44,717 bases of DNA from an uncultured Dictyobacter sp. (GTDB lineage: Bacteria > Chloroflexota > Ktedonobacteria > Ktedonobacterales > Ktedonobacteraceae). A program made the translations under genes and the position numbers. The notes under the pieces were generated by a model. That model had not been told where the DNA came from. It did not search any database and saw only the letters and a list, made by a program, of their open reading frames with translations. Shown here piece by piece: positions 1 to 7,951 of the stretch. The first letter of the stretch is position 1; every line of letters begins with the position of its first letter. The DNA is taken from NCBI GenBank assembly GCA_964247965.1, contig CAXTXB010000003.1:231-44947 (forward strand), in the 5' to 3' direction.

Positions 1-106
1 AAATCTCTAAAGAGAGAGATGTTGAATATTCAAGCCTTCAAGCCTTTGGCGGTGAAAATAATGTCTTCCTCGCGCTCTACAAGCGGTGTTATAGGAATTC
101 GTGCTC

Positions 107-167
107 TCGCCAGAGTGCATCAGTTAGGTCGCCAGAGTGCATCAGTTAGGTCGCCAGAGTGCATCAG
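107..167. repeat. 22-bp tandem repeat, iteron-like (TCGCCAGAGTGCATCAGTTAGG x2.8)
   Basis: Exact copies start at 107, 129 and 151 (third partial); 22-bp period is typical of plasmid iterons; lies next to the Rep-like gene. Confidence 0.75.
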
Positions 168-194
168 AGCTCGGAGGCCGATTCTAGACAACAA

Positions 195-220
195 AAAAAC
201 CGGTTGCCGGGCCGGTTTTT
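195..220. terminator. Bidirectional intrinsic terminator-like hairpin
   Basis: AAAAACCGG...CCGGTTTTT inverted repeat downstream of the minus-strand Rep-like gene. Confidence 0.55.
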
Positions 221-254
221 GCTACACGCTAGGTCAAATGTGCTCCCTTGACTG

Positions 255-280
255 ATTAAGTACCTAATTAAGTACTTAAT
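255..280. promoter_or_regulatory. TAAGTAC(C/T)TA double palindrome, copy 1
   Basis: ATTAAGTACCTAATTAAGTACTTAAT; related sites at 39670 and 42747. Confidence 0.6.
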
Positions 281-446
281 TGCGGGAAACTCGCTACAGA
301 AGAGAGTTTGTCAGGTGTCGCGTGATGGTGGAAAGTGCCAAGTATATAGAATGAGAGCATAAAAAGCGCTCATTTGGGCATGAGGAGATAAGTATTCCTG
401 GGAATATTGCCGAGGGTTAATCGATTGTGCGGGGATCGCCGCCAGG

Positions 447-1574
447 TCACTCTCGTTGGACGAGCTGCGCCTCGTAGGTTTCAATCGTCCGTCTGTAAAA
501 GGCAATCATTGCCTCGGCCTTCTTCAGTGCACCAGGATCGGCAACAATGCGGCCGCTCCTATGATCGTCCAGTAGGGCCAGATGGGGCTGGATGGCCTCA
601 ATGGCAGCATTGTACTGGGCAAGGTCCACCGTGCGCGGCATCCTGGCACGGTTGGCATGGATCAGAAGGCGAACACGATCTCCCGGAGTCGTCGGCGTCG
701 GAGGTGGGGCAGGCTGATTGTAGTCGAGGGCAGCCGGCACGATGGTGGCCACCGTTTCCTCTTCCGCCGCCGCCAGCTCCTCTTTGACGGGTTCGTCGGA
801 GTCTTCATCAAACTGTGCACCGTCGCTACCCTGGTACTCATCGAAGTCGAAGCTATGATCTTCCAGCCAAGTCACTTCATCTTCTTGTGCTGATGCTGAT
901 GCCTGTGCCTGGCCAGCCTTGATATTTTTCCGCTCCACCCAGTAGCGATTGTGGCGCTGACGATAGAGCGCTTTGATCTGCTCGACCTGCTCATCGGAAA
1001 TGGCGAGCTGCTGCGTGAGAAAGTTCCAGCCAGGAATTTTGTAGCCGCTCCTGGTTTGATACTTCGGATTCACACACTCATCAGGTGCGATGAAGCCAAC
1101 AACGAGGAGCCAATGCACCGTTTCGCGGACGACCTTCTCACTATAGCAGGTGTCGCGGGAGATGGTCTTGAGGCTCGGAAAGATGTTGTTTCCGCTGCGA
1201 CTGGCATATTTAGCGAGTGCGCGAAAGATCTCGGAGATGCGAACCGGCAGCGGCAGCATCCGGATCGCGTCGGCGATGGGTGTGCGGATGGAGTCGATGC
1301 GAGGTTTGTCTTCGTTTGGCAAACGGTTGATGCGGTAGTGACCGCGCACGCGTTGAACCGAGAGAATCGAGATTTCTTCCAGCTCCTCCAGCTCGCGAAG
1401 CACACGCATGATCGTATGTGGGCACGCCTGGGCAACGGTGCACAACTCTGGAATGGAGCGATTTACTTCGCCGTTCTCATTCGACAAGCTAGCCAGGGCC
1501 ATGAGAACCCGCTTCTGTACAGGTGTCTCCAGGTGGCGCTGCCGCACGTCTGTTTGTATCGCATGGTTGATCAT
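447..1574 (-). CDS. Putative plasmid replication initiator with two HTH_36-like winged-helix domains
   Basis: Two repeats of the KxVLxALA...(FP)SxxxIxxxxxxSxxxVxxxLxxL pattern; flanked by iteron-like repeats on both sides. Confidence 0.65.
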   Translation of the reverse strand: MINHAIQTDVRQRHLETPVQKRVLMALASLSNENGEVNRSIPELCTVAQACPHTIMRVLRELEELEEISILSVQRVRGHYRINRLPNEDKPRIDSIRTPIADAIRMLPLPVRISEIFRALAKYASRSGNNIFPSLKTISRDTCYSEKVVRETVHWLLVVGFIAPDECVNPKYQTRSGYKIPGWNFLTQQLAISDEQVEQIKALYRQRHNRYWVERKNIKAGQAQASASAQEDEVTWLEDHSFDFDEYQGSDGAQFDEDSDEPVKEELAAAEEETVATIVPAALDYNQPAPPPTPTTPGDRVRLLIHANRARMPRTVDLAQYNAAIEAIQPHLALLDDHRSGRIVADPGALKKAEAMIAFYRRTIETYEAQLVQRE

Positions 1575-1659
1575 ACTGCAACCTCCTTAGAGGAAAGTGC
1601 AGTAGTCCATAGCTGAATGTTCATAAGGGCAAGTCTAACATTTAGACCTGGGAGCAAGG

Positions 1660-1730
1660 CGGGAAGAACACGGGAAGAACACGGGAAGAGCGCGGGAAGA
1701 GCGCGGAAAAAGACGGAAAAAGACGGCAAA
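1660..1730. repeat. 10-11-bp tandem repeats (CGGGAAGAACA / CGGGAAGAGCG / CGGAAAAAGA)
   Basis: About six drifting copies with helical-turn period, just upstream of rep. Confidence 0.8.
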
Positions 1731-1855
1731 GATGAGTTTTGTTTACATCTATAATGAAAAGGAATATATAGTGATGCTGACCAGGCGACTCTCCATACAT
1801 ATATTGATACCATGAGAGCAACCGTAGCATTTTGGCGAACGGAACGACCTGAAAT

Positions 1856-1939
1856 GACCTGGAAGGAAACCTGTAAAAAGGAAAGCGACCTGGAAGGAAA
1901 CCTGTAAAAAGGAAAGCGACCTGGAAGGAAACCTGTAAA
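1856..1939. repeat. 31-bp tandem repeat GACCTGGAAGGAAACCTGTAAAAAGGAAAGC x2.7
   Basis: Copies start at 1856, 1887 and 1918. Confidence 0.85.
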
Positions 1940-1975
1940 GATATCTGAAAAAGACACGGCAGAGGCACTGCTGTA

Positions 1976-2009
1976 CTGTACTGGTAGGAATATACTCCTA
2001 CCAGTACAG
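1976..2009. repeat. 14-bp perfect inverted repeat with 6-nt loop
   Basis: CTGTACTGGTAGGA-atatac-TCCTACCAGTACAG. Confidence 0.8.
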
Positions 2010-2658
2010 GATTGATCCGATACTCTAAGGATTCTATGATTAGGGATATATGAGCACCGCGCAGCCTGTGAAGCCGCTCGGTACTTCCTTGTTTCATACT
2101 TCTGAGTGAATTGCACACAGTACGATATACATGTTATAATTTGCACTATACGATTCCTTAATTAGGAGGGGGCTCCCTCCTGAAATGAGTGCCCTTCGGG
2201 GCATTGATTTACATTAAGGGAGAACTGGTCGAAACAACCTTGGCGGGGAGAGTCGACCAATTCAAGGGTTTCGGTTGCATAACCTGATAGGGTATTTGCA
2301 GCCGATCGTTTTTTGTTTGCGACCGGATGCTTGGCGAGAGCACGGTCGCTAGTAGAATCAAGGGGGCTATTCCCGATGTGGCAGTTGGGGATGCCCTCTT
2401 TTTCATCACTACACATCCTACTACACTCCTCCCTGGTTTGCCAAGTGCGCTTGCGGCATTTCTGATCATTTCCGATTTGTTCCCCACTTTCCGTTAAATA
2501 GATCAAGTGTCGTTGATCATGTGCGATCTGCCTGGATACTCTATAAAGTTATGCCTGGATACAGAAACATAATTGGCCGCATTTACCAAATTCGTTCCAT
2601 CTTGCCTTGATTAGATCTTTTGTCCTATTTGTAGACTATCCCTCATTTGGCTACTACA

Positions 2659-2687
2659 TTGCATTGATATTTTCTATCGTGTATACT
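2659..2687 (+). promoter_or_regulatory. sigma70-like promoter
   Basis: TTGCAT-17 bp-TATACT. Confidence 0.55.
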
Positions 2688-2693
2688 TATGAA

Positions 2694-2856
2694 AGAGACA
2701 GGGATTCTTGAACTACTTCGTTGCCAACAAAGTAGCTTTGGTTTCCTCTCTAGACTGCTTTGCTGCCAACAAAACAGTTCGTAGAGGTGATCGTTTGTAT
2801 AAGTATAAAAATGAAATTAGAGAGAAGCGCGCTTAGTGAGAGAAGCGCGTTTTTTC
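2694..2856 (+). ncRNA. Candidate ~160-nt small RNA with twin UGCCAAC hairpins
   Basis: Promoter upstream; hairpins at 2713-2735 and 2754-2778 share TGCCAACAAA; terminator at 2825-2855; no sizeable ORF. Confidence 0.5.
2825..2855 (+). terminator. Intrinsic terminator
   Basis: AAGCGCGCTT...AAGCGCGTTTTTT stem plus U-tract. Confidence 0.6.
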
Positions 2857-3028
2857 ATGCCTTGGTGGGTCCATAGCCCCTCCTTTCTCCTTTAATCTTA
2901 CACCTTTTGCCATTGATAATCACTCCTCTTATCCTTTAGTACTGTTCTGCAGCATTTAAAATAATCTCTCTTGGCTCTCCTTCATAATGTCTCCCTTCCT
3001 ATCATGTCTATCACTATTTGTATCACTT

Positions 3029-3979
3029 TCAGTGGCGTTTCTTGGTAGCCTCGATGCGCTGCTTAAACCATTCGCACACCGCAGGGTATTGATTCGCTTG
3101 GATCTCTTCGTACCGGGGAGCCTGGAACGCCTGGGCAAGTTCCCAGTAAATCGTCTGATAAGGTATGCCGCTAAGATCCATTAGCCGCTTGACCATACCA
3201 CGTATGCTCGTTTGCTGCTCATTGTTCACCTTCTCAGGACCTAACCGCTCTAGGACTTCCGGTATAAGTTGTACAATCGCCTCCCTCGCTTCAATGCGGG
3301 ACTCCTGATCCTTAATGCGTTCCTCTACTTCCATTCGCCATGCTTGGGCATGCAAGTCGGCCTGCTGCCGGTGCCATACTGACATAAGCTCATGGTAAGT
3401 CGCCCGCTCACGGGTGCTGGCTTGCGGTCCTGGCTCATCGACTGGTGTAAGGATTGTGCCGTACAATCCAGGTGTCTCTGCTATCGTGGTTGAAGTGGTC
3501 GCTTCTATCACCTGTGGCTCTGTAGCGGGTGCTGGCAGTGCGCGTGGTTGCTGAGCCCATGAGTAAAGCACGTCTACCGCTTCGCGCTGGTAGCGTAATA
3601 CCTCAACTTGCATCTCTGAACGTACTCGTTTGTGATCAATGCCGGTTAACCAATACGGAACCGATCGCAAAATAAGCACTTGTACGCGCTGAAATCCCCC
3701 GTCCGTTTCAATTCGCACATTCCCTATCAGATCGTCTACAATCGGTGCAGTGCGCTGTATCCTGCGTACTTGAGCAGCTCGATCAAGCTGCATATTGTCG
3801 CATAAGCTACGAATCACTACGGCGGGTCGGTCGTCTGGTAGCCGTACTACGATGATAGGCCGCTCGTAAAACATAATGACACGTTGCTCTACAGGTATAA
3901 TCTCCCCTGCCTCTGTACTTGGTTGGTACTCCTCTGCGTCTTCCATATTTGGCCTCTTCCACAAAGGGGGTGCCATCAT
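3029..3979 (-). CDS. Phage antirepressor-like protein (P22_AR_N-like N-terminus, ORF6C-like C-terminus)
   Basis: FYERPIIVVRLPDDRPAVVIRSLCDNMQLD...QVRRI N-domain; C-terminal IYWELAQAFQAPRYEEI...YPAVCEW. Confidence 0.75.
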   Translation of the reverse strand: MMAPPLWKRPNMEDAEEYQPSTEAGEIIPVEQRVIMFYERPIIVVRLPDDRPAVVIRSLCDNMQLDRAAQVRRIQRTAPIVDDLIGNVRIETDGGFQRVQVLILRSVPYWLTGIDHKRVRSEMQVEVLRYQREAVDVLYSWAQQPRALPAPATEPQVIEATTSTTIAETPGLYGTILTPVDEPGPQASTRERATYHELMSVWHRQQADLHAQAWRMEVEERIKDQESRIEAREAIVQLIPEVLERLGPEKVNNEQQTSIRGMVKRLMDLSGIPYQTIYWELAQAFQAPRYEEIQANQYPAVCEWFKQRIEATKKRH

Positions 3980-4256
3980 AGCACCCCCCTTAAACTCTTC
4001 TATTTGACAAAGTTTGCTCTGCGGTAGAAATAACTACTATTTGCCCCTCTACCACAACCGGCGTAGCACGAAGTTCCCGTATCTGCTGCCCGGCTCTATA
4101 AGCAGTTGTAAGCGCCATTGTGCAGATTTGCTCTAGAGCTGCTATGGTTGCAGAGCACTGCACATTTAAACAATAAGTAAGGCATTGGCAATTGCTTGAC
4201 CGTCGACCTATACAACCCCCTTTTTGTAAGGTAGTCGAGGGCTTCGCCTACAGTCA

Positions 4257-5105
4257 TTATTTCCAGTGAGATGACCCGTCTATAGTTGCTTGCTGATGCG
4301 CTTCTCTCCACCGATTCAATGCTGCTTTATATTGCATAACGAAGGGTATACCCGATTCCTCGACTTCTATAACGAAAGTCCTTCTTTCTGGTGTAAGCGC
4401 TGCAATCTCAGTAAATCCTGCATGTCTCATAAGTCTCACGCCGTCTGGCATGTTACTTCTAGCAGCTATGGTTCTAATATTGATACCTTTCTTGCCCATT
4501 TCCAAGATTATTTCCATCAGGCCGTTTACTAATCTTGCTCCATATGAACGCTTGTCAGCTACGTTGAAAATTGGCCTAACGCCTATCGCGTGAAGATACA
4601 AATCGATATCTTTTGGAGTATCGAAATCTACTATGTCATCTACGTCTATCTGTACTGGTATCGTTTGATTGAGGACTTTTTCTAGTCCCCCTAAAGTCAA
4701 TGGCATTACTGCAAGATAACCGATTATTTGCTGTGTGTCTGCATCTTGTAGGAGATGATAGGTGTCAGGATTTTTAGCAAGTATCTTCATGCGGTCTTTT
4801 ACTGTGGTTCTTCCAACCCCAAAGAGTTCTTGACTTATTTCTTGACATTCCCTCATTTCGTCTTCGGTTGTTACTCGCATGAATTTCGTCGATTGCTTTT
4901 TTCTGTGCAATAAGAACGCTTCTAATTCCCTGGCTAATTGGTCCACTTCATTACGTCGGTACACTCCTTGTTTCCTACCCGGTGGAATGATGCGCTCTAA
5001 CGTTCCATTGGTGACATAGTTGTACAGCGAACCATCAGTAATTCCGAGAATCTCTTTGGTTTGTGCTGCTGTGTAGTAATCTGTGAGCTTCCCCTTGCTA
5101 GGCAT
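4257..5105 (-). CDS. MerR/excisionase-type HTH regulator fused to a GNAT-like domain
   Basis: N-terminal YYTAAQTKEILGITDGSLYNYV...GVYRRNEV; C-terminal LYLHAIGVRP...G.RLMRHAGF GNAT-like pattern; divergent from the main operon. Confidence 0.7.
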   Translation of the reverse strand: MPSKGKLTDYYTAAQTKEILGITDGSLYNYVTNGTLERIIPPGRKQGVYRRNEVDQLARELEAFLLHRKKQSTKFMRVTTEDEMRECQEISQELFGVGRTTVKDRMKILAKNPDTYHLLQDADTQQIIGYLAVMPLTLGGLEKVLNQTIPVQIDVDDIVDFDTPKDIDLYLHAIGVRPIFNVADKRSYGARLVNGLMEIILEMGKKGINIRTIAARSNMPDGVRLMRHAGFTEIAALTPERRTFVIEVEESGIPFVMQYKAALNRWREAHQQATIDGSSHWK

Positions 5106-5140
5106 AACGGCTTCCTCCTTTCAGTGATTCAATTATAAAC

Positions 5141-5250
5141 AAAGTTTGGTAACTTTGCAAGTTTGCCCTATTTGTCCTGTACCCTTGACAGTATGATTTT
5201 TATTTAGGTATACTCAGATCATAAGTTATAAAACTTTGATAACTTTGCAA
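5141..5250 (+). promoter_or_regulatory. Promoter of the rightward accessory operon with flanking operator-like repeats
   Basis: TTGACA(5185)-18 bp-TATACT(5209); TAACTTTGCAA at 5150-5160 and 5240-5250. Confidence 0.65.
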
Positions 5251-5576
5251 ATGTAAAAATACTTTGTAAGTTATTGCTATCGGATTGAAAAGAGGGGTGT
5301 TTATCGAGTAACGAATGCAGGCGACGAAGCGGCGCATACTGGTGATGGATGTCACGAAAGTTGAAGCAATGCGACGTGACGGCTCGACGGCAAGAGCAAC
5401 AGGCGTGGGTGCAGCTCCGGGGGAGCAAGGCCCGAAAGACGGTTCGATCCCGATCTCGCTGAATTTTAAAAGGGAGGTGTACTATGTGACACTTTTTTTG
5501 AACGTTGAAGCAAGATAACTGAAGAATAAGCGGCTCGTCGTATGCGAGTCGCTCTTTCTTTCCTTTGGAGGACTCT

Positions 5577-6014
5577 ATGGTTCAAGTTTTTATTCTGGCG
5601 AGTCGTGCCGATGAACGATACGCCACAGATTTCTGGATACACCTTGCTATGGCCCGACGTTCGATGTCCGGAGTGCAGTGGGTCAAGCCGTTCTACGTGG
5701 AAGATATGCTCTCAACGAATGCAGTCGTGCCTGTCATACCACAACCTTATGTTGTGGTCGGCTGTCTTTCCAACACATTTCTCTCAGAAGTTTTAGATCA
5801 GCCTGCTCTACGTGAAATGATCGTACAAGCAGTTCGGCCCATACCACTTGTGATTGGGTCGTGTGAGTGGAACCGGTACCCTTCTCCATTTGCAGGAAAA
5901 ATGCCTCTTGTCTCTCAGACTATAAACGAGCAGAAGTCCAGGGATGCTGTCTTTTCTCGCGCTGTTGGTCGCTTGAGAGAGGTTCTTCTCACTATTATAG
6001 AGGTGGGAGAATAA
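5577..6014 (+). CDS. Divergent TIR-like protein
   Basis: VFILASRADERYA...VVVGCLSNTFLS...PIPLVIGSCEW...PF aligns by eye with the next TIR; GGAGG RBS before ATG 5577. Confidence 0.6.
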   Translation: MVQVFILASRADERYATDFWIHLAMARRSMSGVQWVKPFYVEDMLSTNAVVPVIPQPYVVVGCLSNTFLSEVLDQPALREMIVQAVRPIPLVIGSCEWNRYPSPFAGKMPLVSQTINEQKSRDAVFSRAVGRLREVLLTIIEVGE

Positions 6015-6015
6015 G

Positions 6016-6456
6016 GTGATAGTCTACATAAGTTATGCACAAGAAGATAATGCGTATGGAAACCGTTTTAAGATGATCTGCAAGCCAATAGAAGGACAGA
6101 TAGGATTCAGCACATGGAGCATGCAGGACAGTCTCCCTGGAGCCTTGTGGCAGCGTGGGATGGCAGATCACCTGAGACAAGCATTCCTGTTTGTTCCTCT
6201 CGTAAGCAGCGACTGGCTTGCATCAGATAGGTGTCAGGCAGAATTGTCTGCGGCATTACAGCTCCAGCAACGAGGGCAGTTGAGAATAGCTTCTGTCTTA
6301 CTCCGACCGTCAATGTGGGACTACTCACCGTTGCCCTCTTTCCCGGCTTTACCCTCAAATGGAAAAGAGATTACACGCTGGCCGAATCAAGATACTGCAT
6401 GGGTGAATGTACAATCTGACCTCATCAAGATAGTAAAGAGTTGTCAGATCAGTTAG
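6016..6456 (+). CDS. TIR domain protein (TIR_2-like)
   Basis: VYISYAQED, PGALW, LVSSDWLASDRCQAEL (catalytic-type Glu), VLLRPSMW, LPSNGK.IT.W.NQDTAW. Confidence 0.9.
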   Translation: MIVYISYAQEDNAYGNRFKMICKPIEGQIGFSTWSMQDSLPGALWQRGMADHLRQAFLFVPLVSSDWLASDRCQAELSAALQLQQRGQLRIASVLLRPSMWDYSPLPSFPALPSNGKEITRWPNQDTAWVNVQSDLIKIVKSCQIS

Positions 6457-6472
6457 TAGAGGCAAACTGAAT

Positions 6473-6503
6473 GGCGGCTCCCACCTACGAGCCGCTTTTC
6501 TTT
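6473..6503 (+). terminator. Intrinsic terminator after the TIR pair
   Basis: GGCGGCTC...GAGCCGCT followed by TTTCTTT. Confidence 0.55.
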
Positions 6504-6616
6504 CCCCTTTACTTGATATTATTGGCCTGGAGGTGGAATTGAGGTAAACTAGTCTCAACTCTGGAAGGCTACCAGATTGAGATGAAATAGACAAGAAAGG
6601 CGGATGAGCAAAATCG

Positions 6617-7159
6617 ATGGAATTTGAAGAATACAATGGTTGGAAAAATTATCCTACCTGGGATATTTATACGCAGGTGACCTCGTATGAAGACTCGTAC
6701 CACTCTTTTGAGCAGGCAGCGGGTCGCAACCGAGTGAAAGAAACCATTGAGGACAATCTGAAGCTTGGAATGAAACGAGGATGGCAGCACGAAGCGATCA
6801 AAGGAATTGTGAGTGACTGGTGCATGTCTGGTGTTCGCCATGTCGATTGGTCCTGGCTGCACAATACGCTCGTGGGTGAGAAGGAGATACCACGGAAGCC
6901 GGATGAATTGACGACGGAAGCGCTCCACTTTCTTCGAAGCTACCCACAATGGCGAGAGATCCTCAAGGGTGTATCGTACATGAGTGAAGGTGACGAACGA
7001 CTACGGGATTGGGCAGAGAACCAGTTGTTGACCTGGATTGAATCAACAGATGCCAGAAGATATGACACCTCTACAAATAAATTTGCCCGCAAGATTATCG
7101 ACCTGTACTCGTCAGTTGTGGACTGGACGGAGCTCACAAGTGCGCTGAGGGGGGAATAA
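6617..7159 (+). CDS. Phage/plasmid-type protein with YNGWxNYxTW motif (DUF7249-like)
   Basis: EYNGWKNYPTW start; VDW motif occurs twice (internal duplication). Confidence 0.6.
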   Translation: MEFEEYNGWKNYPTWDIYTQVTSYEDSYHSFEQAAGRNRVKETIEDNLKLGMKRGWQHEAIKGIVSDWCMSGVRHVDWSWLHNTLVGEKEIPRKPDELTTEALHFLRSYPQWREILKGVSYMSEGDERLRDWAENQLLTWIESTDARRYDTSTNKFARKIIDLYSSVVDWTELTSALRGE

Positions 7160-7164
7160 AAGCG

Positions 7165-7380
7165 ATGGAAGACAATTGGGAAACGCAAGAGGTTATCAAC
7201 TGGCTGACGAACGATGAAGGTGCATATTACGATTGCGGTGATGAATCGGCAGATTTCATCGAGGACTACGTACGAAAAGGAAATGCGCCACAAGGGCTCT
7301 ATGAGTCCTTTGATCGGCCTCCTCAGTCCTCTTTTGACAGCGTGAATTGGGAGAGTGTAGCGGAGAGCTTAGAGGACTAA
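7165..7380 (+). CDS. Small acidic protein of the same NxETW...WLxNDE...VNW family
   Basis: NWETQEVINWLTNDEGAY...VNWESVAESL; strongly acidic. Confidence 0.65.
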   Translation: MEDNWETQEVINWLTNDEGAYYDCGDESADFIEDYVRKGNAPQGLYESFDRPPQSSFDSVNWESVAESLED

Positions 7381-7468
7381 AGCGGAGCTGACAACGGCAT
7401 AATTGAAAAAAGGAACGTTTGGTGGCTCGTTAGCAGGCGAGCCACCATTTTTGTGAAAGGCAGTCACT

Positions 7469-7903
7469 ATGACCGACTACGTCATTATGTACCAGACAGA
7501 CCGTGTCAATGGGCCTGGAACCACTAGCTATGCGAATATTGTGCAGAACGCACCCTCCCGTGACGCGGTTCTTCGCATGTTTCGTACTCTTATGAATGGC
7601 CCATCCTCTGAGATCTGGGAATGTCGAGAAGCGACAACGCATGACCGGTATCCTTGTGTCCCTTATAGTGAGTGGCAGGACGGCCACTTCTTCTGTACCC
7701 AATGCAAGAATGAGATCACTCCGGATATGCCCTATCACGTGATTCACGACCAAGAGATCTGTGATCCGTGTCTCCAGCGACTCGTTGCCCACAAGCATCA
7801 ACTTGTGCATGACTTGGGCTGCCATATCTGTGGCAAACGTGCCACCCAGTACAGTCCAGCATGGTCTCTGCTGACGTGCGATACTCACCAGCTCGTATCA
7901 TAG
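7469..7903 (+). CDS. Zn-finger protein, paralogue of 21246-21494
   Basis: CTQC..ITPDMPYHV..CDPC, CHIC..CDTH. Confidence 0.7.
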   Translation: MTDYVIMYQTDRVNGPGTTSYANIVQNAPSRDAVLRMFRTLMNGPSSEIWECREATTHDRYPCVPYSEWQDGHFFCTQCKNEITPDMPYHVIHDQEICDPCLQRLVAHKHQLVHDLGCHICGKRATQYSPAWSLLTCDTHQLVS

Positions 7904-7951
7904 GTGATCTGCCTCTCATGTGCTGTGAGATCCCATCATCCTCTTTTCACT

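Noticed and set aside
1571-2146. ORFs of 191 and 158 aa upstream of rep
   Set aside because: They are open frames running through tandem repeats with repeat-derived peptide content; probably non-coding origin DNA
5401-5462. Canonical tRNA gene
   Set aside because: A T-loop-like motif is present but no proper acceptor, D or anticodon arms; reported only as a structured leader
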